Both the position numbers and the translations under genes were made by a program. A DNA stretch of 64,000 bases from Candidatus Levyibacteriota bacterium (GTDB lineage Bacteria > Patescibacteriota > Microgenomatia > Levybacterales > UBA12049), in the NCBI GenBank assembly GCA_041906785.1, contig JAYRIM010000029.1:1149-65148 (forward strand). The letters are read 5' to 3'. The number at the start of each line of letters is the position of its first letter. The stretch's first letter is position 1. Positions 44,761-54,500 of the stretch are shown piece by piece. The notes below the pieces were generated by a model. That model saw nothing but the letters and a program-made list of their open reading frames with translations. It was not told where the DNA came from and did not search any database.

Positions 44761-44822
44761 TCCCGCGGAAGCGAGAATCTCTTAGCAGAGATCTGAGATC
44801 CCGGCTCAAGGCCGGGATGACA
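44756..44822. repeat. Palindromic intergenic element, family A, variant copy 4
   Basis: gtcattcccgcggaagcgagaatctcttagcagagatctgagatcccggctcaaggccgggatgac. Confidence 0.6.
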
Positions 44823-45846
44823 TCTCTTGTGAGACAAAGTCTGAGAGATCTGCTATAAATCTAGCACATGCTTCGACATTTGGCAAAAGAACATCTACTG
44901 CTTCTCTGCTTTGCTTACCTTCGAATTCAGATTGAATACCTATAGAAAAACCTAAAAAGCTGCCTTGAGATTCTTGCTCAGCTCTTTTCAGAAATTGAAA
45001 TGTACCTAAGTCTTGATCTGAATCACCAAGATATATGATTCCATCATACCTCTTATGCTTATCAATCAATGAATTTGTTCCATGTTTATTATCAAAGTCT
45101 TTAGCCAATCCCGCCAGAATTTCAGCTTTACTATGCATAAAATCAGGTGTTAAGCTTACTGAGTGGAAATACCCATCCATTTGAGAATCTTCATGGAAAT
45201 CACAGATTCGTGTATCCTGAACTCCGAATTGCTTTAGAGCTTTCTCATATAAATCTCTAAGAAATTCTATATATGATTGTCTATACTGCTGGTCTATGAG
45301 ATTAAAGTGATATACATGACTAATTCCTAAAGGAAAATCCTTAGTTATTCCTTTCTGTTCGACGACAATCATTCCTCCAGGAATCTTCTCGGCAAACTCG
45401 AACTTTTCTGGCAGATCATGATTTATACCGCTAGCATTAAAGAAATTGGCTCGTATATCAAGTAAAACTCGTGATATAGTTTGAGCATGTGGTACTAAAC
45501 GATTATCTATGTGTGAGGTTTCATCCTTGAAAAGTTCTAAACCATATGTCCCGAATACTTCTATATCATCTAAATCTGCAAGCGATGCTATTTTCGCTCC
45601 TGCTCTTCCAGAAATAATAGCAACATCTATCTCATTGTCTAAAAGCATTTGCATTGATTCATGAATACCTGGGAATAATTGTGTGTCCCGAGGGTCTTTT
45701 CCTAATGTTCTTTTTGAAATCCCGAGCGTTCCATCGTAATCGCTTGCGAAAAGGATTTGCTTTTTTGCATAAAGGAGTTTCTCTAGATCTTCCAGCCTGG
45801 AAGGATTCTTAAAATAAGAGGCTAAGACTTCACTTTTATCTCGCAT
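44806..45846 (-). CDS. otsB: Trehalose-6-phosphate phosphatase-like HAD hydrolase
   Basis: 346 aa. Motif I ILFASDYDGTL and a later IIYLGDSDQD fit the T6PP subfamily. Location within the trehalose cluster supports the call. Confidence 0.65.
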   Translation of the reverse strand: MRDKSEVLASYFKNPSRLEDLEKLLYAKKQILFASDYDGTLGISKRTLGKDPRDTQLFPGIHESMQMLLDNEIDVAIISGRAGAKIASLADLDDIEVFGTYGLELFKDETSHIDNRLVPHAQTISRVLLDIRANFFNASGINHDLPEKFEFAEKIPGGMIVVEQKGITKDFPLGISHVYHFNLIDQQYRQSYIEFLRDLYEKALKQFGVQDTRICDFHEDSQMDGYFHSVSLTPDFMHSKAEILAGLAKDFDNKHGTNSLIDKHKRYDGIIYLGDSDQDLGTFQFLKRAEQESQGSFLGFSIGIQSEFEGKQSREAVDVLLPNVEACARFIADLSDFVSQEMSSRP

Positions 45847-46081
45847 GAAGAGATTATAGCACGGGGAAATAGTATAAAACGCATTTTTATTGTTTTATTA
45901 TTCCTTGCGTAGAGCGCGCAGACGATCCCCGCTCAGCGGGGAAGACTCTTGAGTGAGCGCATCAGGGGGAACCCACCACAGTGTGGAGGGGGTGTTATCA
46001 CCCGATAAGCAAACGAAAGAGTCTAGTCGAGCACTCCCTAGCAAGAGAGCTTTGGTACTTTCTCGATAGAAAGTACAAGAA

Positions 46082-47785
46082 TCACTCTTTAATAAAATCC
46101 ACACAAATTGTCTCGTGCGGTCTAAGCTTTATACAGGTAAAATCAATACTTTCTCCAAATTCTCGATCCATAAGTGTCGTATGGAGAAATCTTCCTTGTT
46201 TCTTCACTATTGAGAGCTCAATGCTCTCCCCTGAAATATTGTTAATGATCAGATATTGTCTGTTTCGAAACGTGCGCTCTATGACAACGACGTTATGTGC
46301 CATTGAGCCATCGGTCATCTGAATATCATTTCGTAACTTAAGAGTTCCTTCTCTGATAAGGTCAGTTTTCTTCATCGATATAAACCATTGGAAATTCGCT
46401 AATGTTGACTTTCTATCACGCAACGCTTCTTCAATGTTCTTACCAGAAGCAAATTGGCGATCAACATATATTCGTGAACATTTATAAGAATCTGTAAATC
46501 CTGCATTCGGTTCTTCATGATTCCAAAGCATCGCAGTCCGGCATCCATCACGTCCGTTAATACCTTTTATGCCGCCCTCGTTAAATCGTTCTGTTAAAAA
46601 ATATGAATCATCGATATAGGCAGTCGTATCTTTTTTACCGAATTCTGATCCTTGAAGAAGACAAAAACCACCTGGAAGCGAAAGAAGTATCGCATGTAGC
46701 TGCCTCGCTTGTAATTCTCCACCCCATCGAGTTGCGGGAAAACGATTGTCGTGATCACTGTCAACAAACACAGGAAATGAATCGAGTGATTGATAATGAT
46801 CAATGATATCAATCATACTCCTTCTTACATGCTTGGCATCATAATCCGTATAAATGAATGTGAAATCGAAAGGCCCACCGTTCTTTACAGCTCGAGCAAC
46901 TTCTACCTTTTGTTTGAAAGGAATATACACTTCAGCAATAATTATCCCATTCCGCTTCCTAATTCTTTCAGCTATTTTTTTTATTGTTTTTATTAATGTT
47001 GGATAGTAATGGTCTCTGTATTTATGGGTTTGCTGATTATTCGGATGGCGAAAAAAAATGTTCCGTTTTACCAACTCGCTACGAAACCTTGGATCTTTTG
47101 ATAAATACCCTATCGCATCTACACGGAAACCATCAACACCAATCTTCATCCAGTAATCTATAACCTTCATTAATGCCTCTTGAACCTCTGTGTTGTGCCA
47201 ATTAAGATCTGGCTGGAACAAATCTTTCGGATTATCTGTGAATGTCGGATTTCCTCTTAGAAAACTGCAAAGAATGAACTTGTTACTTTTAGGATCATAT
47301 TTCCAGGCAGGGCCCCCCGCCACACTCAGCCAATTGTTTGGATAAAGTTCTGAATCAGGAATATGCTCTTCTCCATCTTTTCGAGGTCGCGGATCACGTA
47401 ATATATACCAATCTCGTTTAGGATTATCCTCTGAAGCTATACATTCTTTAAACCAAGGATGTTCACTGGATGTGTGATTTAACACTAAGTCAATTAACAC
47501 TTTAAGGCGTTTTTTATGTGCAGATCTAATGAGCTGTTTAACATCTTTAAGGGTACCAAACATCGGATGGACATTGTAATAATCTGTAATATCATACCCA
47601 CCATCTGCCATAGGTGAAGGATAAAATGGCGCAATCCAAAGAGCATCTACACCTATGCTTTGTAAGTAATCTAACCGCTTTTCTATTCCTCTTAAATCTC
47701 CAATTCCATCACCATTACTATCCTGAAAACTTAACGGATAAATTTCATAAATAAACCAATTTTTCCATGAAGAAATTCTAGACAT
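46082..47785 (-). CDS. GH13 alpha-amylase-family enzyme (oligo-1,6-glucosidase / trehalose synthase / sucrose-isomerase-like)
   Basis: 567 aa. IYEIYPLSFQDSNGDGIGDLRGI, DLVLNHTS, GFRVDAIGYL and IIAEVYI are present. Confidence 0.85.
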   Translation of the reverse strand: MSRISSWKNWFIYEIYPLSFQDSNGDGIGDLRGIEKRLDYLQSIGVDALWIAPFYPSPMADGGYDITDYYNVHPMFGTLKDVKQLIRSAHKKRLKVLIDLVLNHTSSEHPWFKECIASEDNPKRDWYILRDPRPRKDGEEHIPDSELYPNNWLSVAGGPAWKYDPKSNKFILCSFLRGNPTFTDNPKDLFQPDLNWHNTEVQEALMKVIDYWMKIGVDGFRVDAIGYLSKDPRFRSELVKRNIFFRHPNNQQTHKYRDHYYPTLIKTIKKIAERIRKRNGIIIAEVYIPFKQKVEVARAVKNGGPFDFTFIYTDYDAKHVRRSMIDIIDHYQSLDSFPVFVDSDHDNRFPATRWGGELQARQLHAILLSLPGGFCLLQGSEFGKKDTTAYIDDSYFLTERFNEGGIKGINGRDGCRTAMLWNHEEPNAGFTDSYKCSRIYVDRQFASGKNIEEALRDRKSTLANFQWFISMKKTDLIREGTLKLRNDIQMTDGSMAHNVVVIERTFRNRQYLIINNISGESIELSIVKKQGRFLHTTLMDREFGESIDFTCIKLRPHETICVDFIKE

Positions 47786-47834
47786 GTATTTATAGTAGTA
47801 TTAATTTAAAATAGAAAACAAGTTACAAGATATT

Positions 47835-48416
47835 TTACTTTTTGTCAGAAGAATACTCAATAAATTCTTCTGTATGGAGAGTATTCCATTGTGATTCTGG
47901 AACCCAAAGATTTCTAAAATGTTTCCATTCATTCCAACCGACTCCTAACGCGCGAACCGGCATACCCTTCTCCTGCAGAGTTTTTACGAAAATTTGGGTT
48001 TGCAACGAACCTATAAAATGGCCATAAATGATTATCTCCTTTTTATCTCGTTTGCTGAATTCTTTTTCAAAATCCTGCACTCGACTATTGTCAATCGTCA
48101 ATGGAATTTCAGTGTTAGTGTATAAAGGAAATGACTCTGCTGTTTTAATATGTGCCTTGTTAAAATCATCTCTACTACGGATATCTACCAATAGCTGATC
48201 TCTACTGCCTTTTTTAATAGTTTGTAAAACTTCATATGGATCCGCTGGCATCGTTGTAGTTACCATGTTCGCCTTCAAAAACGAAAAATCTGAAAAGAAA
48301 AGAACCAATCCTAGCACAAAACCTACGAAAAAGAGAGAAAAAAACAGTCGAAGTAGATCGTAAGAGTTACTTTTTTTTGCGAGATGTCTTACTGATTTCA
48401 TAAATGTATTATACAC
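47835..48416 (-). CDS. Membrane-anchored rhodanese-like domain protein, apparently lacking the catalytic Cys
   Basis: 193 aa with an N-terminal TM helix and a rhodanese fold pattern (LLVDIRSRDDFNKAHIKTAESFPLY...IIIYGHFIGS). No Cys occupies the active-site loop. Confidence 0.55.
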   Translation of the reverse strand: MYNTFMKSVRHLAKKSNSYDLLRLFFSLFFVGFVLGLVLFFSDFSFLKANMVTTTMPADPYEVLQTIKKGSRDQLLVDIRSRDDFNKAHIKTAESFPLYTNTEIPLTIDNSRVQDFEKEFSKRDKKEIIIYGHFIGSLQTQIFVKTLQEKGMPVRALGVGWNEWKHFRNLWVPESQWNTLHTEEFIEYSSDKK

Positions 48417-48522
48417 TCAATAATAAATTAAAAGGTGAAATTTCAAAGTAAAAGAGATTACTCTTTTATTTTTTACATGCTATTTGGCTTAAAACTATTG
48501 ATTTTGAGTATTGCCTTTCCTC

Positions 48523-50667
48523 CTATTCATAACGCAATGCGTTTAAGGCTGATATTCTCTTTGCTCTTCTTGCTGGATAGTATCCAGTCAAAATCCCTAC
48601 TAAAAATGATACAACAATAATAAACACAACGAGAAACCACGGAATATATGTAAGTTCTAAATAACCATCTCCATTTGCAATAGCGATAAGCGAAATTAAA
48701 AACGAAATAATTTTTCCAATAATAAATCCGAAAAATAACCCCCCAATACCTCCAGACATGCCTAAAATCATCGCTTCTGCAAGAAACAAATCACGAACTT
48801 CCTTAGAAACCATACCAATCGTTTTCATTCCTCCTATTTCTCTTGTCCTCTCAAGAAGCGATACTGTTAACGTGTTGAACATACCTAACGATGCTACACC
48901 TAGTGCAACCAACCCAATAAGAGCAAGCAATATTCTGAGATTACTAAATAAATTTTCTATTTGAGAAACTGTATCCGCAGTACTACTGGTCCGGAAACCC
49001 AATACTTCTATTTTTTTACGAATGTTTGGCATAGCAGTTTGGGAACTTAATATCAACTTTAGTTGAGAATAATTCTTAATGTCTAACGCAGCAGCATGAT
49101 CTAATGCAATATAGAAATAAGAAGAATCGTTATCATCTATAACGCCAATAATTTTATATTCCTTTTCTTCTGTTGAGGCTTTACCATCAATCGCAGGGAC
49201 AAGAGATTTCGTTAAAACAAATGATGTCTTAAATGTTGTATCTAATGCTTTCGAGAATGGAATATTTAATAGAGTTAAGAATGCATTTGACACTACTGCT
49301 TCATACCGAACATTATTTTTAAATCGAATAATTTCTTGTTTTTTCTTAGTAGTAGGATTCGCAAAGCTCACAACTTCCATACCTGCTTCATCAGTTGCTA
49401 CGATAAATTCACCGACAAGTGACGCACTTTCTGATGCAGACTCTGCTGCAGTAGTCTCTGTTTCATTCGTAACGATTGTAGCTGAACCACTTGCTGAACT
49501 TGTCTCACTCAAAATTTCTGATGTTGTAGTGTCTCCGAGAACTTGTGTATCTTGGATAATAATCTCATCTTTCTGTAAACACACTGCCTTCCAAATCTGT
49601 CTTCCGTTATCACCTAGCTGAGGTAAAAATCGTCCATCATATGTCTCATAAAATATAGGGACTTCTGATTTTATCCATGTTTGAAGTTTTCGATCCAGCT
49701 TTTTATCAAAGCCTTCTTGATTTGCTCCTCCTGCATAAAGATCTCCCCAATATTCGTTTCCGGAATATCCACCTTCAACCGGTCGGACAACCCCTAGAAT
49801 GTCTGATTCGTTTGTGCAAGAGCTCCAGGCAAATGTTTTTAAAGAAGGATTTATAGAAAAATGAATCACATTTCTAGATGCTTGTTCACCATACTTACCT
49901 TCTTTAATTTTCGTAGCTATTCCTGCAACATCTTTATCGTCAACTAATTCTGCTATCGTGCTCTTAAAAAATTTGCCACGAAGAAGTTTGACATTCGCAT
50001 GCTTTAGATATGTTTCACTCGTTGCATATACTAGGACATCTGTTTTTGCATTATGGAAATCAACCTTACCAACAACCGAAACTAGTGGCATTATTGAACT
50101 AATATCTCCCATTTTTTTTATTTTTTCTACAAGATCTTTATTGAGCCGTAAAGCAGTGTTTGACCCTGTTGCCACATCAACCATCTTCAACTCATTAAGA
50201 CTTGCAATTCTGTTAATTATGAGCCTCTCAACACCATACCCTAAAGATAAAAGGAGAACGATTATACCTACTCCAATAGACATGCCTAAAATTGTGATAA
50301 AAGTCCTTGTTTTTTTAGCCATTAAATTCTTAACACTAAGACTAATCAGATATGTACGCTTTACACTCGAACCCGATGGTTTATCCAATCTATCAACGAT
50401 ATTGTCAATAAAAGCCTGTAGCTTTTTTGGCCAAATTTTTTTTAGAAGAACAACTACATGATGACTTGCTGGAAAAGTATCAAAAAGCTCTATCAATTGT
50501 TTAATAATAAAAATGATGAGAAGAATGAAAAAGGAAGAAAACTCTCTAGTCTCGTGGTATACGTGAAGAGTGAAAGTTACACTGTTCCTTGGCAAATGTT
50601 GCCAAAAAGAAACATCTGCCAAAATGTGAAGTACGTGTTTTATAATTTCAAATATTTTCCCTTTCAT
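48523..50667 (-). CDS. MacB/FtsX-type ABC transporter permease with a large extracytoplasmic domain
   Basis: 714 aa. N-terminal TM helix (TRTFITILGMSIGVGIIVLLLSL), a ~450-aa extracytoplasmic region and a C-terminal FtsX four-helix core (LGMFNTLTVSLLERTREIG...YYPARRAKRISALNALRYE). The true start may be internal. Confidence 0.8.
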   Translation of the reverse strand: MKGKIFEIIKHVLHILADVSFWQHLPRNSVTFTLHVYHETREFSSFFILLIIFIIKQLIELFDTFPASHHVVVLLKKIWPKKLQAFIDNIVDRLDKPSGSSVKRTYLISLSVKNLMAKKTRTFITILGMSIGVGIIVLLLSLGYGVERLIINRIASLNELKMVDVATGSNTALRLNKDLVEKIKKMGDISSIMPLVSVVGKVDFHNAKTDVLVYATSETYLKHANVKLLRGKFFKSTIAELVDDKDVAGIATKIKEGKYGEQASRNVIHFSINPSLKTFAWSSCTNESDILGVVRPVEGGYSGNEYWGDLYAGGANQEGFDKKLDRKLQTWIKSEVPIFYETYDGRFLPQLGDNGRQIWKAVCLQKDEIIIQDTQVLGDTTTSEILSETSSASGSATIVTNETETTAAESASESASLVGEFIVATDEAGMEVVSFANPTTKKKQEIIRFKNNVRYEAVVSNAFLTLLNIPFSKALDTTFKTSFVLTKSLVPAIDGKASTEEKEYKIIGVIDDNDSSYFYIALDHAAALDIKNYSQLKLILSSQTAMPNIRKKIEVLGFRTSSTADTVSQIENLFSNLRILLALIGLVALGVASLGMFNTLTVSLLERTREIGGMKTIGMVSKEVRDLFLAEAMILGMSGGIGGLFFGFIIGKIISFLISLIAIANGDGYLELTYIPWFLVVFIIVVSFLVGILTGYYPARRAKRISALNALRYE

Positions 50668-50686
50668 GTTTTTTTATATCCTTCCA

Positions 50687-51481
50687 TTATAGTTTTAATT
50701 TTTTTAATAATTCTGGATCGTGTACATTTGCGATGCCATCATTTTCGCCTATCTGCTTTTTTCCTTGGAATTGCTCAAGCTTTTTTGATTGCTTTGGCTC
50801 GTATTCTTCTACGACCAAACCATCAATCATATGAAAAATTTTCGATCCATATTTCAAATATTCTAAATCGTGTGTAACCATAATTATACTTTTACCGCTT
50901 TTCACAAGATTTATAAATGTATTTAGCAAATCTTGTCCGGATACAGTATCAAGATTTCCAGTCGGCTCATCAGCAACTATTAATTGGGGGTCTGTCATCA
51001 GTGACCGCGCAAGACTAATTTTTTGCTGCTGGCCGGATGAAAGTTCTGTAGGAGTATACTCTGCCCATTTTGAAAGCCCTACCATCTCTAATGTATCATA
51101 TGCCTTCTTCTTAATAGCAGTTTCTTCCATGTTCAAAAGATGTAACGGAAACATAATGTTCTCGATAACATTCAAAGAACCCACCCAGAGTGGCTGTTGA
51201 TAAATCATTCCTATCGTGTGTCTCCTAAATAAGGCTCTCTCGTCTTCATTCATAGAATAAAGATCTTTCCCATCTATATATATTTTTCCGGTTGTTGGCA
51301 TTTCCAGACCCAATAATGTGTGCAGCAATGTTGACTTACCACATCCCGAAGGTCCAAAGATAATCCCGAAATCACCTCTTCCAACCGCAATTGAAATACC
51401 TTTCAAGACATCTACTAGTGTATCTCCTACTGGAAAGGTTTTTTTAATATTTGTTGCCTGTAAGTATCCTTGTTGAGTCAT
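50687..51481 (-). CDS. ABC transporter ATP-binding protein (MacB/LolD-like)
   Basis: 264 aa. Walker A GPSGCGKST, signature LSGGQQQ, Walker B LIVADEPTGNLD and an H-loop are all present. Confidence 0.9.
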   Translation of the reverse strand: MTQQGYLQATNIKKTFPVGDTLVDVLKGISIAVGRGDFGIIFGPSGCGKSTLLHTLLGLEMPTTGKIYIDGKDLYSMNEDERALFRRHTIGMIYQQPLWVGSLNVIENIMFPLHLLNMEETAIKKKAYDTLEMVGLSKWAEYTPTELSSGQQQKISLARSLMTDPQLIVADEPTGNLDTVSGQDLLNTFINLVKSGKSIIMVTHDLEYLKYGSKIFHMIDGLVVEEYEPKQSKKLEQFQGKKQIGENDGIANVHDPELLKKLKL

Positions 51482-51510
51482 ATTTTAATATAACGTCCCA
51501 ATCTTTCTAT

Positions 51511-54500
51511 CTATTTTTCTTTTCCTTTTAAGAAACCGAACGTTTTTGAAAGATTATCAATAACTAAATTTAATGCATCCTTTGTAGATTTCGGTGTGAC
51601 TACTACATAATCAGGAGATTTTCCATTATTTGATCCTTTATCTTTAGATATCGCCCGTAAATGATAAATCTTTGCTGGTGTTAAGCCTGTAATTGTAACT
51701 ATATGATTGGTGGTCATAGCAGGATCCTCCTGGGTAGACTGACCATATGCTCCACCAGATCCCTCCGCATATTCCACTTGAGTTGTAGCTGGTTCATCAG
51801 TGTCCCAACTGACAATTATCTGAGCTTTAGATTCATCACCTACTCCTACTATTGTTGATTCAACACTCATGTTTTGAATTTCTGGAGCCCTAAAATCTAC
51901 TGCTGTTTTGATCTTCTGTACTGGATATATAGCTTCATTACCTGCGGCGTCTTTACCTTTCACTGTTATGACATAGTTGCTATCATCTCGTAAGTCTTTT
52001 AATAAGACATCATGACTCTTCGTTAGTTTTAAATTAATAAAGTCTTTCACAGCAGACGAGTTATTGTCAGGGTAATACGAAACAATAGTTGATATTTCGG
52101 TATTCGATGTCCATAGTAACCGTAACGTTGCCGTAGGCAAACCCGCTACCTGCTGAACTTTCAGCTGAACGATTTTTGGTACTGGTAAGGTTTCAAAACT
52201 GTAATCATCGCCAGCAAACGTATTACCATCTTCATCTTCGCCTACAATACGATAATGGTATTCTGTCCCTTCATCCAAATCATCAAGTAAGATTGTGTGT
52301 TGTGTCTCTGATTTCGAAGTTGATACGTCCTTTGTGCCACCGTAACTTAGAGATTTACCATATTGGATAGTTACTTTTGTCGCATTTTTGACGGTGAAAG
52401 AGAGGTATGTTGATGTAATACTTGTATTTAATGCTTTTACATTTGAGACAAAAGGTGCTGGGTCTGTTTCAAACGTAAGTTCGCTCGATGATCCTGTATT
52501 GCCATCCTCGTCTGTCCAAAGTACTTTATAGTAATATTTCGTACCAGGATTTAAACCGCTAAGGGATATCTCGTGGTAAGAAACATGCGTTGAACTTCCT
52601 ACTTCTTCTCCATAATCACCGGATTTTGTTCCGTATTTTACAAATGAATTAGAGGTTCTGCTGGTAGACCAGGCGATAGTTGCTGCTTTTGTTTTTACAG
52701 TAGCTGAAGCACTAGCAGTCATGGTAGGTGCTTCAGTCCATTTTCCATCTGGTAGGAATGAAACAGTATCTGAATAGGCTGAACAGTTATTCGTCGAGTC
52801 ACACGCTTTTACACAGTAGTAATACTTCTGCTGGCTCAAGTTAGTATCGACATATGACTCTGTTGTTGTAGAAGCAGTATACGAAAATGAGCTATCGCTT
52901 GTAGTGCAGACTGCACTGCTTGTTGTTGATCGATAAACTTTATAATTCGCAATTCCTGATCCACTGGATGTTGGCGCATCCCATGAAATTGCTAAACGCC
53001 AATTTTTTGTCGATTTAACCGATACATCTGAAATATCCATATTTCTTGCTACTCCAGGCGCAGATGTATTGGCTGTAAAGGTAACTGATGCATAGTTGTT
53101 ATAATCAATATTCCCTGCTTCATCTTTCGCAACTACATAAAATGTATTAGCACCTGGAACTGTCGCATATGCTCCTGCAGAAACATATGTTGTTGTTAAG
53201 CCAATAGCATTCACATTCTGAGCTGTCGGCAGTGCATTTACCGAATAATAATAGCGCAATCCAGATTGTGCCCCTGAGTATGTAGCTGGCGGTTGCCAAC
53301 TGAACGCAAATTCATTTACCGTATTACTCACCGGTGATACTTCCAAGCTCTGTGGTGCTCCCGGGGCTGTGGAGCTATAATAGAACGATGCATTTGCATA
53401 GTCAGATGCTATATTACCTGCGGCGTCTTTTGCTCGTACATAAAACGTATTAGTTCCTGTTTGATATGCAGTCAGATTACTGACAGATGTTGCCGAAATG
53501 CATGTATCAGTAGAGCCAGAAGCTCCTGTTTTATAACAGTATTGAGCAATTGTTGAAGCGCTATCCGTCGCACCGCTCCATGAAAAATCAAAGCTGTTTG
53601 TATTCGTATAACCAGGGGGTGTAGCTATTACTGTAGTCGGATTCGATGGTGCCACATTATCAAATTTATATATAAACGGCTCCCAGGTAGACGAACTTAC
53701 ATTTCCAGCATCATCTTTCGTCTTAATTCGTAGGTAATATACATTTCCTGAGGTCAAACTAGAGCCTGTATATACTGAACCTGACTGTAATACCCCATCT
53801 ATTTGAGGGTCTGCACTACTATCTGTCCCAAAATAAACATAATATCCAGTAACCCCAGAACCGGTAGATGTGTCTGTTGCCCCATTTGCTGCTTCAGCAT
53901 CAGGCCAATCAAAATTTGGCGCAGAGTAATTGTACCATGTATTCGTTGTAATACTGGCTGCTTGAGTAGCTGACGTATATGCTGTCAAACTAGATGCATT
54001 CGTCGGTGCTGTAGTGTCCCTATAAAAGTTAATTGAATAATCATCAACAGATCCAGAATAGACCCCGTCAGATGATGTTATTGTCAGCTTAACTTGTATA
54101 TACCTATTTGCTGTCGAATTAATTTTGTAAGTATTTGTTGTTGCAATACTTTTTATTTCAGAAGCTTCTGCCCAGGAAGACCATGTACTATTATCAGACG
54201 ACGTACGCGTGTAGACAGCTACAGCACTATTTGTTGCACTGTTCCATGTCAAACTTAAATTCGCAAACCGATATGTAGAAGTTAAATCATGTGCACCAGA
54301 GGTAAATGATCCTGATTCTTGAAATGAACTGGTTGCTGTCTGCATAACATATGTATATAAACCATTTCCATAAGTGTTTGTACCAGCCCCGGCTAAGACA
54401 AATATTTTACTTGATCCGTTTGTAGCTGCAGCACCTCCAGAGGTAATGTTTGCAGAGGCACTCGATAATGCTGACCATGTATTCCCTGAAATCGAATATT

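Noticed and set aside
45898-46322. Two overlapping ORFs (68 aa minus, 113 aa plus) in the GC-rich segment between the otsB-like and GH13 genes.
   Set aside because: They overlap each other on opposite strands within a hairpin-rich leader. They are more likely structured RNA or UTR than coding.
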